Assembly: GCF_009914755.1 (NCBI RefSeq)
Contig: NC_060931.1
DNA: 64,000 bases
Strand: one strand, 5' to 3'
Source of the DNA: the human T2T-CHM13v2.0 reference genome, Homo sapiens
Both the position numbers and the translations under genes were made by a program. Positions 1-13,490 of this stretch are shown here, piece after piece (position 1 is the first letter of the stretch; each line of letters opens with the position of its first letter). Under the pieces are notes generated by a model that was not told the DNA's origin, made no database searches, and saw nothing but the letters and a program-made list of their open reading frames with translations.

Positions 1-1104
1 ACAGGAAATCACAAATATGCTGAGGGATGCATGGATTCTGGATATGAGGGGGCATTGTTAGTAATGAAACCCTTGGTGCTGGCCGCCATGAGTTGAGTCA
101 CGGGTTTTTTTCAAGGTGGATCATCTCTATTTAGTTTGAGGCACTTCTTTTGAATCCTCATATTAAATATGTGCTCTTTTTTAGTTCCGGATCTGTGGTT
201 GGTCAAAATCCTAACTCAATTAAACAGAAAACACTTAAAGAATAGTTTATTTTCTCTCTTTCGAGCAGTGTTTCTCAGCCTGTTAAATGCATGTTCCTCT
301 GTAATTATCCTAAAAACCTCACTTCTTCCTGCATATACTTGATATAGACCACTTTCAACCTTTTCACTTTTCCCCACCAGTCAAGAAGATTCTGTTGTTT
401 GTTTTATAAAAGAGTAGATATTTTTCACCTTTTAGACCTAAAATTATGTTATAATACTGCATATCCTTCTTGAGCCAGTTCCAAAGATGATGATTTAGGG
501 CTGTCGACTGTTGAGTTTCATTGCCGCCTCTGTGAACAGGAGCACTGACAGACTGCTCCAATTAAAACTTAAATAAGATGCTTCCACTTCGCTTGTTTAG
601 CTGAGCTAAAAGGTAATATTTCAACTCACATAATCTCAGTGCTTTTCCCAGGAGTTGCTATCTGACCAATGGGCAGCACCTTGACAATAAAGTTGAATAT
701 AAAATCTCACTGTGGCCATTATTCTGATGTCAAGGAAAACATGACAAACACACAACCTACCACTGTTGTTATTCATCTCCATAAATACTCTCTTTCTGGG
801 TAACACTAAAACAAAGCGAAAATTGCAATGCCAGCTCAAGTTCTATACAGTCTGTGTGAATAGACTCAAAGACGACTAGAGCTGAAATAGCCTTAGGAAT
901 TGTTTAGTTGAGTTTCTTCATGTGAGTGATGAGGAAACCAAGGCAAAAATAAAATTGGAATCCACATTTTCCTGATTGTCAATCCTCTAACAATATTTTC
1001 AATATAACAAGGACTTCCATGTATATTTTTATGTTTCATTTTGCTTATTAATAAGCAGTTAAGATTTAAATAGATATATACACTTACAAAACATGTCCAT
1101 AAAA

Positions 1105-1290
1105 AGTGCTTTCACAAAAACTATATGAGGTAGATACTGTCATTATCCTCATTTTAAAGATGAGAAGATGAAGCTTAGATGGTTTATATGACTTGTCTAA
1201 AATTTAGTTCTCCAGCAAGAGGCAGAATCAAGAAGCAGATGAATTTAACTCTTTTGATTCTAAAAACCGTAGTATCCCCACTGTACTACT
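1105..1290 (-). mobile_element. MIR SINE fragment
   Basis: Reverse-orientation MIR core 'tatgaggtagatactgtcattatcctcattttaaagatgagaagatgaagcttaga...tgacttgtctaa'. Confidence 0.6.
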
Positions 1291-1469
1291 GCATTGTTAT
1301 AGGAAAATCAAGAAGATTGTTTCAGGCATCTTTGAACACAGTGTGTGTTTTCATTTGCAAATCAGCTGCATTTGTGAAAGAAGTAAGCAACTCTTCAACA
1401 TGACTCTATGCAGTCTTATCTTATATTGTCACAACAAAGCATAAATTTGAAATAGACCCAGTACTGTTC

Positions 1470-1675
1470 AGTGGTTTAAACCCCCAGCACTGCCACATAC
1501 TAGCTCTGTGATTTTGGGTAAGTTCTTTAACCTCTCCAAACTCTTAGTTTACTCGTTTGAAAAAGTGGGACAAAGATGTCTACTACAGGGAGTCGTTATG
1601 AGGATAAATGAGGTAACAAGTTTAAAGGCCTAGCACAGTGCCTGCCACATAGTAAGCTCAACAAGTGGGACTTAT
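1470..1675 (+). mobile_element. MIR SINE
   Basis: 'ctgccacatactagctctgtgattttgggtaagttctttaacctctc...tatgaggataaatgag...tagcacagtgcctgccacatagtaagctcaacaa' matches MIR core and tail. Confidence 0.8.
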
Positions 1676-2045
1676 TCCTGGTGCCTAGAAAAGGAAGGGA
1701 AGGGGGAGAGGGGAAGCTCCTGACCGGCGTTGCTTCTGGAGAGTATAGGCTGCTGGGGTGCTTATGGGTAAACTTTTTCTTCAGGCTGTGAATTCTTAGT
1801 CACTCACATGGTAAAAGAACCCAAAGGCAATCATTATAAGAATATAAATAGAATTTGTAATCATTAAATCGGCAAAAGAAAATTTGATCCATCCACTAAA
1901 AAGCAAGCAAATATAGTAAATGAAAAATATGAATAAAGTATAGTAAAGAAAGCACAGTGAATGAGAATCATGAGATGAGGTGAGATGGTAGAAAGAAGTC
2001 ATAATATCATGGTAATGACAATTTGTTCATATGGATTATACTCAC

Positions 2046-2548
2046 TGTGGTAAGCTGAAAAATGCCTCCCTTCCCACAGATTTTTACACCCTAATCCCTG
2101 GATCCTGTCAGTGTTATATGGCAAAACAAACAAACCAAACCAAACCAAAACAAAAAAAAGACTTTGCAGATGTGATTAAATTAAGAATCTTGAGATGAGA
2201 AGACTATCCTGGATCATTTGGGATAATCATAAGTGTCCTCATAAGAAAGAGGTAGAGGGAGATTTAATAAGACAGAAGGAGAGATGGTGACGTGACCACA
2301 GAGGCAAAGACTGGAGTGCTGTGGCCATAAGCCAAGGAATGCCAGCAGCCACTGGGAGCTGAAAGAGGCAAAAAACAGACTCTCCCTGAGAGCTACTGGA
2401 GGGAGTGTGGTGCTGCTGGCACCATGATTTTGACTCATGAAAATGATTTTGAACTTCTGCCCTCCAAATTGTGAGATAATAAGTTTTTGTAGTTTTAAGC
2501 CACCAAATTTGTGGTAATTTGTTACAGCAACTGCAGAAAATGGATACA
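2046..2548 (+). mobile_element. MLT1 (MLT1C/D-like) MaLR solo LTR
   Basis: TG...CA termini; 'gactttgcagatgtgattaaattaag', 'aagccaaggaatgccagcagcc', 'ttttaagccaccaaatttgtggtaatttgttacagcaac'. Confidence 0.85.
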
Positions 2549-2549
2549 C

Positions 2550-4184
<1,635 letters not shown>

Positions 4185-4185
<1 letters not shown>

Positions 4186-4541
4186 TGCTAGAAAGCCCAG
4201 ATATTTGGTCAAATATTATTCTGGATGTTCCTGTGATGGTGTTTTTTTGTTTGTTTGTTTGTTTGTTTTGGGTAGGATTAGCATTAAAATCAATGGATTT
4301 TGAGTAAAATGGATTACCCTTCATAATGTAGCTGGGTGGGCCTCATCCAATCAGTTGAAAACCTTAGGAAAATGGTTGATGTATCCTGAGGGAGAGTGAA
4401 TTCTGCCAGCAGATGCCCTTTGGATGCAAACTGCAACTCTTCCCTGAGTCTCCAGCCTGCCTACCTGCTGTTCAGATTTTGGATTTACCAGGCCTCCACA
4501 ATTGCATGAGCCAATTCCTAAAAAAGAAATCTCTCTCTCTT

Positions 4542-4544
<3 letters not shown>
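4185..4544 (+). mobile_element. MLT2 (ERVL) LTR, 3' end disrupted
   Basis: 'gggtgggcctcatccaatcagttgaa', 'gaattctgccagcaga', 'ccacaattgcatgagccaattccta' followed by (CT)/(TA)n. Confidence 0.85.

Positions 4545-4580
<36 letters not shown>
4545..4580. repeat. (TA)n microsatellite
   Basis: About 18 uninterrupted AT units. Confidence 0.95.
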
Positions 4581-4582
<2 letters not shown>

Positions 4583-4761
4583 TGATCTCTTAGCTCTGAG
4601 CTCTGAATATTTTTGTCTGGGGGATTATTTCTTTTCTAATTGGTAAGTGTATTTGTTTTCTGCAGTTGCTGTAACTGCAACTGCAAAGGAACAGACCAAA
4701 GACCAATAGGATGTGTGTGTAAATATATATATAGTACTATATATATAAATATATAACTATA

Positions 4762-4878
4762 TATCTTATATATTGCAATCTTATTGCAAGATTATATTAT
4801 CTTATATATTGCAATCTGATTGCAAGATTATATTATCTTATTATATATTGCAATCTTATTTCAAGATCTTATTGCAAG
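4762..4878. repeat. 36-bp AT-rich tandem repeat, about 3 copies
   Basis: Unit tatcttatatattgcaatcttattgcaagattatat at 4762 and 4798, degenerate at 4834. Confidence 0.85.
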
Positions 4879-4905
4879 GTGAATCTTATTAAGAATACTC
4901 ATGGT

Positions 4906-4957
4906 CTTGCAAAGGAACAGACCAAAGATACACCTCTTTGGTCTGTTCCTTTGCAAG
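4906..4957. repeat. Perfect 23-bp inverted repeat with 6-nt loop
   Basis: cttgcaaaggaacagaccaaaga-tacacc-tctttggtctgttcctttgcaag. Confidence 0.95.
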
Positions 4958-4969
4958 TCTGTGATTAAT

Positions 4970-5097
4970 ACAGACCCCAAACAAGACGTGCCCAGCTGAG
5001 CCCAGTCAATCCTCAGAGCCATGAAAATAAAATAATAAATTATTTTAAGCCACCTGGTTGGGGAGAGTTTGTTATGCAGTGATAAATAACTGGTGCA
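4970..5097 (+). mobile_element. Old MLT1 LTR 3' fragment
   Basis: 'gcccagctgagcccagtc...ttttaagccac...tttgttatgcagtgataaataac'. Confidence 0.65.
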
Positions 5098-6446
5098 CCT
5101 TCCACAGTCACTTTATTTAAACATACACTTTATGTAAATGTGCCTAGCAGAGTGTATGCTTTGGAAAAATAATTTTTGTTAAATCATTGAAAATGTTAGT
5201 TGGTCAAAATAGTTCTGAAACTTATCTGCTCTGAATTCTGACCCATATCTACAACGTATTCCGTCTCAGACACAAAGGGACCACCAGCTACATTTATTTT
5301 TTAAACCAAGTGTTTTCCACAATGTGATCACATTTAATGCAGCTTTGATTCAAGAAACCACCAGTTCCACCAACAATTTGTCACTGCCCACTTTATCCCC
5401 ACCATACCTCTTCCAAACTTCCATCCATCGTTCTTCTGTTGCCAGGAGTTGAGGACAGGCTTCCATTGTTTTACGTTTTAGTGGATACCATTCATTATCT
5501 CTGATTGCAGGTTATGTATGGTAGTAGTTAGAGCCAGTGAATGCATGCCACCTAGGCTACAGGCATTTAAATGAGCGGATTTTCAGGAGGAATTGGTAAT
5601 AACAGTTATGCCTCACAATTTTGGTAGATAACTCGATAACTCCTGTAATAGAAGTGTATTTTGGTTGAGTGAAATCCCTTACATTGACGGGAACAAGTGG
5701 AAATTTGTTGTTTTTTATCATTTGGTGATAAGCAATTTTCTCAAACAGCTGAAAGGGACAGCTATTTAGAAGGCTAAAAATTCCTTTAGTTTAGGCATGA
5801 CACACGGTGCCTCACTGAGTTTTCACCCCTCTGTCACAAACTATGCCTGTTGGTACACATGACTTTTATCAGCTAATAGCTGACGAAACCTTGAGGATCA
5901 GCTAGCCCAGTCATCATAGCAGGTGCTCTATAAATATTTGTAGATTTGGAAGGCATGCTTCTAACTTTTCATCTTTTGATTCCCTTCATAACTATGAGCT
6001 GGGATAAAAGGAGTGGTTTTTGTTTGTTTGTTTTGTTTTGCTTTTTAATAAAAATTTTGAAGAGAGAGTGAATTCTGGAGACATTTGTGGTATGTAAGAG
6101 AACTGATGGGAGAGGAAAGGGGATTTCACGAAGTATTCCTGAGGGCTATGCATTCCCTTCAATTAAAAAACAAGCTTAGGTTATTTCGAAATTATTCTTT
6201 TTTATAGCATCTTTTCTCTTAATTGCTCTGAGGTGAGTTAAGTTATAGTTTGTAAATGTTACACAATTTTTGTTAGAGTGGTGTGTGAAATGACTGAATT
6301 GGCTTTGAGGGGAATTTGTAGGGGCTGTCTTATGAACGAATTTTCAGTTCACTGGTGTTTTGATACCCATAAAAGCTGTTAAAGAAAACTTACGTCCCAC
6401 TTCTTAGTATTCTAGATAGGTTACTGCATAAAGACATATAGAAAAA

Positions 6447-6860
6447 TTGCCCATCAATGATAGACTGGATAAAGAAAATGTGGTGCGTATACACCATGGA
6501 ATACTATGCAGCCATAAAAAAGAATAAGATCATGTCCTTTGCAGGGTCATGGATGGAGCTGCAGGCCATTATCCTTTGCTAACTCACACAAGAACAGAAA
6601 ACCAAATACCGTATATTCTCACTTATAAGTGGGAGCTAAACAATGAGAACACATGGACACAAAGAGGGGAACAATACTTACTGGAGCCTTTCAGAGGATA
6701 GAGGGTGGGAGAAGGGAGAGGATCAGGAAAAATAACTGATGGGTACTAGGCTTAATACCCGTGTGATGAAATAACCCGTACAACAAACCCCCCAACACAA
6801 GTTTACCTATGTAACAAACCTGTGCTTGTACCCCTGAACTTAAAAGTTAAAAAAAAAAAA
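6447..6860 (+). mobile_element. 5'-truncated L1 3' end (L1PA13-16-like)
   Basis: ORF2 end plus 3'UTR 'gagaggatcaggaaaaataact...acccctgaacttaaaagtt' and poly(A); flanks share tatagaaaaatt (TSD). Confidence 0.9.
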
Positions 6861-7785
6861 CTTATAGAAAAATTATTGTACTATAATTTTTCATTGTTCC
6901 TGCAAGAAACATCCATTCTAGATAGGTATTATTTTGGTATGGAACAACTGCTACTGCTGTCAGTGAGTGACAGGAGCTGTGCTGCTGTTGCTAGTAGGGG
7001 GAAAGTTCCTTCTTTCCTCCTTGCAATTGGCACAGTCACAATTACCTCATGGGAGGTAAGAGCTGAGTTTTACTCTTGTAACATAATGCACTTGTTATCT
7101 TTAAGGAGTCACCGTTTTTGCCCCTTGGTGGTTTCCTTATTTGTAGAAAGGATGGATGATGCGGGAACCCTATGCTTGTCATCAGAGGAGCACATGATGT
7201 TGGTGTATTCATCTCTCTTATAGCATAAAAATACCTGCCCTGGCTTTGCACAGGCCTGACATTGCTTCTTGACTGGTTTGCCACATACCCTGACTATTAC
7301 CTCCTACAGGGAGGAGACAGAAGTTTCTTCAGGGTTATACCTGTGCTTAATATCACACCTGGATAACAATAGGTGCTTGATAATTATTTGATGAATGAAG
7401 GCAAGATTTGAGAACATGATGTGATAATGTATAAGAAAACTGCCTTGAAATGTCGGGTATTTTAATTACTATCCTTGTTACACTTCTGTGAATTCTAAAT
7501 TTTGCTTTCGGATGTTATAACTAAACCTTCCCAGCTTTGCTGGAATAATCAATGTCCTTTAGAACAAGGCTATGTGTAAATTTCACGTTCTGAAAAGTTT
7601 GAACTTTTACCAGGCACCTGAGCTCTGACAATTGAGATCAAAGCATAGGATCTTATTTAACAGGTGATTGGCCCTCAGGACAGCGCCTTATTAATCAGTA
7701 AACTTAAAGTCCTGCATTATGCTACATGTTGAAAATACAATAACAAAAAACATGCATTCTTGACATCAAAGTGCGTAAGGGCTGA

Positions 7786-7910
7786 TGTTATAGGTTGGCT
7801 TATGTCCTTCCAAATTCATATGTTGAAGTCTTTGTCTCTAGTACCTCAGAATGTGACCTTTCAAAACAAGGTCTTTACAGAGGTGGTTAAGATAAAGTTA
7901 TTAGGGTGAG
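7786..7910 (+). mobile_element. MLT1A/B LTR 5' fragment
   Basis: 'tgttataggttg...caaattcatatgttgaagtc...cctcagaatgtgacct'. Confidence 0.7.
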
Positions 7911-7914
7911 AGAT

Positions 7915-8514
<600 letters not shown>

Positions 8515-9374
8515 AAATGTCCAGTATATTCTGGCATGTTTGTGGCACCTGAATGCATTTTATATGTGTGTGAGAAAGTGTTACCTCTCTTGTTTCTTTC
8601 TTTTGTTGTTTTTCATAGCTATTTTTCCTTCCTTATTATTATTATTGAGTGATTTAAGCCTACAGCCATGTTGAGGCATGGTGGCTCAGCAGAGCTGTCT
8701 GGGAAAAAATGCACGTGATTGCCAACTTTTGCAGAGTTAAGTGATTGGAAAGATAGTCCTCGCCAGCTGATGCACTTGGAGGAAGCCGAGTGTGCCGTGA
8801 TACCATTCAGTCTGCATCATTGACTCTGCAGTCTCTGCTGCCCTTATAACTTAATGTTCTGGGCAGCCCAGGTTCCCATTTATCAGCAAGCACGATAAAT
8901 TGCTAATGACTGCTGGCCTATCCCTATTCTTAAGTTATCTGCTAACACAAAGAGACAGATTCATTCAATTTGGAAAATGTTAATAAGATGCCAAAAACGT
9001 GTTCAGGGAGATTAAAGAAAAAGCTTTTTCAAATGGCTTGTATCATTGTTTCCAAAATTGAATTCCAACTGTCCCTGTTTGCGCAGGTGAATTAAAAGAC
9101 TATCAAAACCTTAAATGTTTCTATTAACCTAATTAAACAGTGTCTGAGTAGAGACTTGGTAAAGATGAAAGGTGTTCATGGTTCATGCTCTATCGAATGA
9201 AATTCCATGACAAAAGATAATGAACACTTGCTCCCCCCACCTAGAAAATCAGTTCTAACACTTTGATTCCATTATTTGGATAATATTGATTTTCTAGAAT
9301 TAGGAAGTTCCTTTAAGTATGTTAGGCTCATTTTTTTTTAAACTTTACAGGCATGAATTTTAGTTTTGCAATAC

Positions 9375-9469
9375 CTGGATTCCGGGCATCATTGCCGTTG
9401 CTTGGTGTTGTTGCTTTCACCACCTTGCCCGCAAGTTTGTGAGACACGTCACTACTTACTGGGATCCCT
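9375..9469 (-). other. Candidate 95-nt exon
   Basis: Minus strand: ttttctgtaccttttcacag|AGGGATC...AATCCAG|gtattg; one open frame GIPVSSDVSHKLAGKVVKATTPSNGNDARNP; no transcript evidence. Confidence 0.35.
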
Positions 9470-12400
9470 CTGTGAAAAGGTACAGAAAACTGGCGGGAGA
9501 ACTGAAATCAGTGATTTTTGAAATCAGTGAGCAATTCATATTGTTGCTAAAGGAATACTTGGTATAATTGCCAAAATTGAAGTTTGGGAGTTATAAATAT
9601 TTCAATTATTTGTTTTATGCCTGGACAGTAGTAAGTATTCTGATAGACAAAATCTCTTCTTAGTTATGGATCCAATAAGAAAGATGCTGAAGATACTATG
9701 TTGTTTTATGCCCTCTGTATGAAGACTATGAGGTCATATCTTTTAGAATTTTATACAAAAAAATGTTCTCCACTCCTGAGGAACTTATATTATTTCTGTA
9801 AAGATTTATACTTGTATTTGTTTAATCTTTTTTTAATATTAGGAGATAAGTAACTTGTAAGCCATCTTATTCTCTTTTTGCCTTTGCTGCCAGTACCATA
9901 TGTAATGTTCAAAAGAGTTATTTAACAATACCTTATATATTTAGTATATTAATTTTTCTCCTTTTCTACACAATAGTTTTTGGGGTTATATATGATTCCT
10001 ATTATAAGCTTCTTGACACAGTTTTTGGAAGTAGATCATAAATAAGTAAAGTAAATAAATATGTGTATTGTGTTCAGATCCCTGTCCTCTAGAAGGATTT
10101 TTCTACTGGATTTGTATTTGTTTCTAATATGTTTTACTTTAGTGGCAATTTGGTATGTTTGTTTTATTTGCTTTTTCTGAGTTCTCTTATCTGTAGTGTG
10201 ATTCCTTCTGAATGGTGGGACAAACATTTGTGACTATATTTCCAAACAGGTTATTTGATGAGTTATAAGGACTTCAAAAATATTCTCATTCCTTTTGACT
10301 TAGTACTTTAAATTACAGCAAATGTTATTAAGGGCATTTTAGTGGGCATTCCAGGCATGATGCAAGGTTTTGGCAGGTGAAGCAACTGGGCCATAATAAA
10401 GCACACTTGTCCCGACAGCCATGTAAATAACATTTGGGTTACATGATGTGCTATCTTTCTATTACAAATGACATAAAGAATTGCTTTTCCGTACATTGAT
10501 TTTTTTAAAATGAGGGTGTCTTGTATTGTCAGATGGGGAATGTAGTTCTGATAGCTCAAGTGTTGTTGAATCAAGTAAAAATCCCTCCCTGTGAAACTAC
10601 AGGAAGTGAGTTGAAGACTGGAGCCGAATGCGGCAGCTGCCTAAACCACTGATGACTCATTGGCTAAATTGCGATTTAGTAATTTTGGTGTTGATAATTG
10701 GTAAGATAAGATGACAAACCAACCAGTCAGCTGCCTCAAGGGTTTTAGTGAGTATAGCGGAGAATTCCAATTACTTTCTAAGAGATCAGACTTCTCACTG
10801 GATGGCTTTTTCCCCTCTTGTTCTGATAAAGTATGTTCTCTACATGGCAAGACAAGTGATGATTTTGTCACATCTTCCTGGCTGGAGGTTAAGTTATATA
10901 GATTTTTATGGTTTCTCTCTCTGGGTTTTTGTACTTTACTCCTGTAAACCAAAAGCACCTGCTTCTGACACTCCTACCATACTCTTATCCAGGTCTGCTT
11001 TGAGGTTTTAGTTTCTCTCTTTCCTCTCTCCCTCTGTATTTGTGCCAACCTCAATGAATGATAAATATTTTAGTAAAGATTTGGAAGGATATGGGGGTTG
11101 GGGGTGCAAGGGATTCTTACATGGCATATCATGCAACAAAATCTCTAAATATTCCCTTTACCCATCTCTTTCTTCAGTGTTTCTCTCCCTACAGCAGATG
11201 TTCCATTTCTGTCACTTTCCATCTTATCTTCCTGCTTCCTCTCCCACACCTTCTCCACATCTTCCTGTATTCCTCCAGGTAACTCATTCTAAGTCTTCCT
11301 CTCCAGATGTTTCTATCGCACTATCTTTTCTTGTGTAAAAGCAGCTTAACACTCCCTGGGCATCTGCAATATGCATCCCTATATGTGCTGAGCCTCCATA
11401 CCCCCTCAAAAGAGTCTTAGAGAGGTGGTACAATTTCCACCTTCTTCAGAAGGTAAGGAGGGAGGATTGTAAATAATTTGTGATTTTATTTAATTCTTTT
11501 CTTCTGAACATCTTTCCTTGACATTTTTTGAACATTATGAAAGGTCCTTAACTTCTCACTCTGTCTCTAAGACAAATCTTCTAAAACCATCTTTCTATAA
11601 TCAGAGAGTTATATGTTATTCACAAAAAGCCCAGAGAAAAATATAACATCCTGTGTTCATTCTTTTCCTTCTTCTCTCTCCCCTCCACCCACCTCTCCCT
11701 GACCCCAGTCTTTCAGTGTATGTGTTCATTTGTTGCATTCTCCCCTCTCCTCTATTTCGTCTTTCTTTCTTTTTAAATGATGGAAATTGCAAGCTTTCCT
11801 TTCTTGACAGTTATGATTAAAGGACTGTGCACCTGCTCAGGTAGAATAAATGGGTGAAATGCTGAAGCAAGTATTTATGCTAACTAATTGAGTCTCCTTT
11901 CTTGCTTTCAAAAACAAGCCCGCAATTCAGATAAGCTGCTCCTCAAATAAGCATGCTGAAAACCTTTCCATTCAAGCTCTCTGATGTCAAAAGAAGTCCT
12001 CAAGTCTCAACTCCGTGAGGTTCAGTGGGGCACAGGTGCTGTTTCTGCAGAGATGAATGAGTGCTTAGTCACAGAAAAGGGGATAAATTGTCTCTTTTCT
12101 CTGTAAGAAGGAAGGAAGAAGGAAAGCAGAGGAAAGGGCAAAGACAAGAAGGTTTTAATAATAAAGGGTTTAGACACCCCTTCTCCTTTTCCCTCCCAAC
12201 TTTTATAAGCTCCAGGGGTTCTAGAATCAAGTTTGACATACTTAAAAACAGAATACCAAATGCTCTTTAAGTTTATGTTCTCATTTTCAAAGCTGTCTCC
12301 CACTCCACTGAGGCTTCTCATCTATTTTTTCCCCTCTCTAATGGGAAGAAAGTCTTGCTAGGCATCTAATTAACTAGTAGGTAAACCTCATTGAATAAAC

Positions 12401-12559
12401 AGCCTTTTCTTTAAAAGACAAGCTTTTTGAAAACAGGACACAGATCTTGTCTCTCTCCCTCTGTTCTGCTCACCTCTCCTTTTCTTCCAAATTCCTCTCA
12501 CCCCTCACCTTTATGGATGGTTCAAAAGGTTCTTCATTGCAATCGGTTAATATATCTCT

Positions 12560-13090
12560 TAAGCCTATTGATTTTCCTCTCCATTTCCTTTTACTTTATT
12601 GCAGTTATTATTGTTTTTAGTAGAAAAAATCGATTGGTTTGCTCTACACAGCTCTCACAGTTTGGATTTTGCTGATAATCCTGGAGGAGGGTTTTACATT
12701 GTTTCTTACATTTTCTGTAAATTGACAGTTAGGTCTAGATGTTTGATTCAGATTCAGCACTGAATTCTGGGGCACCAGACTACCTCACAGGTGGTGCTGT
12801 GTGCTTCCAGTAAGAGATATGTCATGATGTTCAGTTGTCCCTTTGCTTCAAGGTTTGAAGTCAATAATTATTGCCCAGATTCAATAATTATTTGGTAGTT
12901 GCAAATGATGATATTTTAATTCTACCATTTTTCCTTTACCATTAGGTGGAGAACTTCTATGAAGGATTTTTTTTCTTGTCAAATATTTGGTAAGACAAAT
13001 ATTGTAGATGAGGCAGGATAGGTACTCGTTTCTTTTTCCCTGTTTATAGCTTTTAAAAGTAACAAGTTGGTTTCCTAGCAGCCTCTGAAG
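12560..13090 (-). mobile_element. Ancient L1MC/ME 3' fragment
   Basis: 'ttgacagttaggtctagatgtttgattcagattcag', 'gtggtgctgtgtgcttcc', 'gttgcaaatgatgatattttaattcta'. Confidence 0.55.
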
Positions 13091-13094
13091 GTGA

Positions 13095-13490
13095 CTACCT
13101 TAGGTAGAGTTCTGGCAAAATCAGACTTGGAAACAGGGATCCGAAGGTGCAGGAAACACCAACAAGGGGAGTGGAGAAGTACGACCAGGAAGGGAAGGCA
13201 GCCCAACCAGAACACGTTACTGAGCCAGCTAGCACAAAGGGTGATAGCGTTAAAGCTGCCTGGGACACTCTAAGGGCTAGTGTAGAATGCTTCCATGTTA
13301 TCCCTTTTGAGGGACGTAGGCTGATGGATGTGCAAAAACCTACCTCTTCTGTCCTGATATGGGCCCTGGAGGCCAGAGAAAGCTCCCGGGCAAAGAAGCA
13401 CATGTGCTGGCAGAGGGAAGTTGGGCCACTGACCCCTGACATAGTAAGAGGGGATGTGGGTGAGGCACTGACAAAGACTGCTATAGCCCA
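13095..13490 (-). mobile_element. ERVL LTR (LTR16/33-like) adjoining ERVL internal sequence
   Basis: 'caggaaacaccaacaaggggagtggagaagt...ggaagggaaggcagcc...gttactgagc'. Confidence 0.55.
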
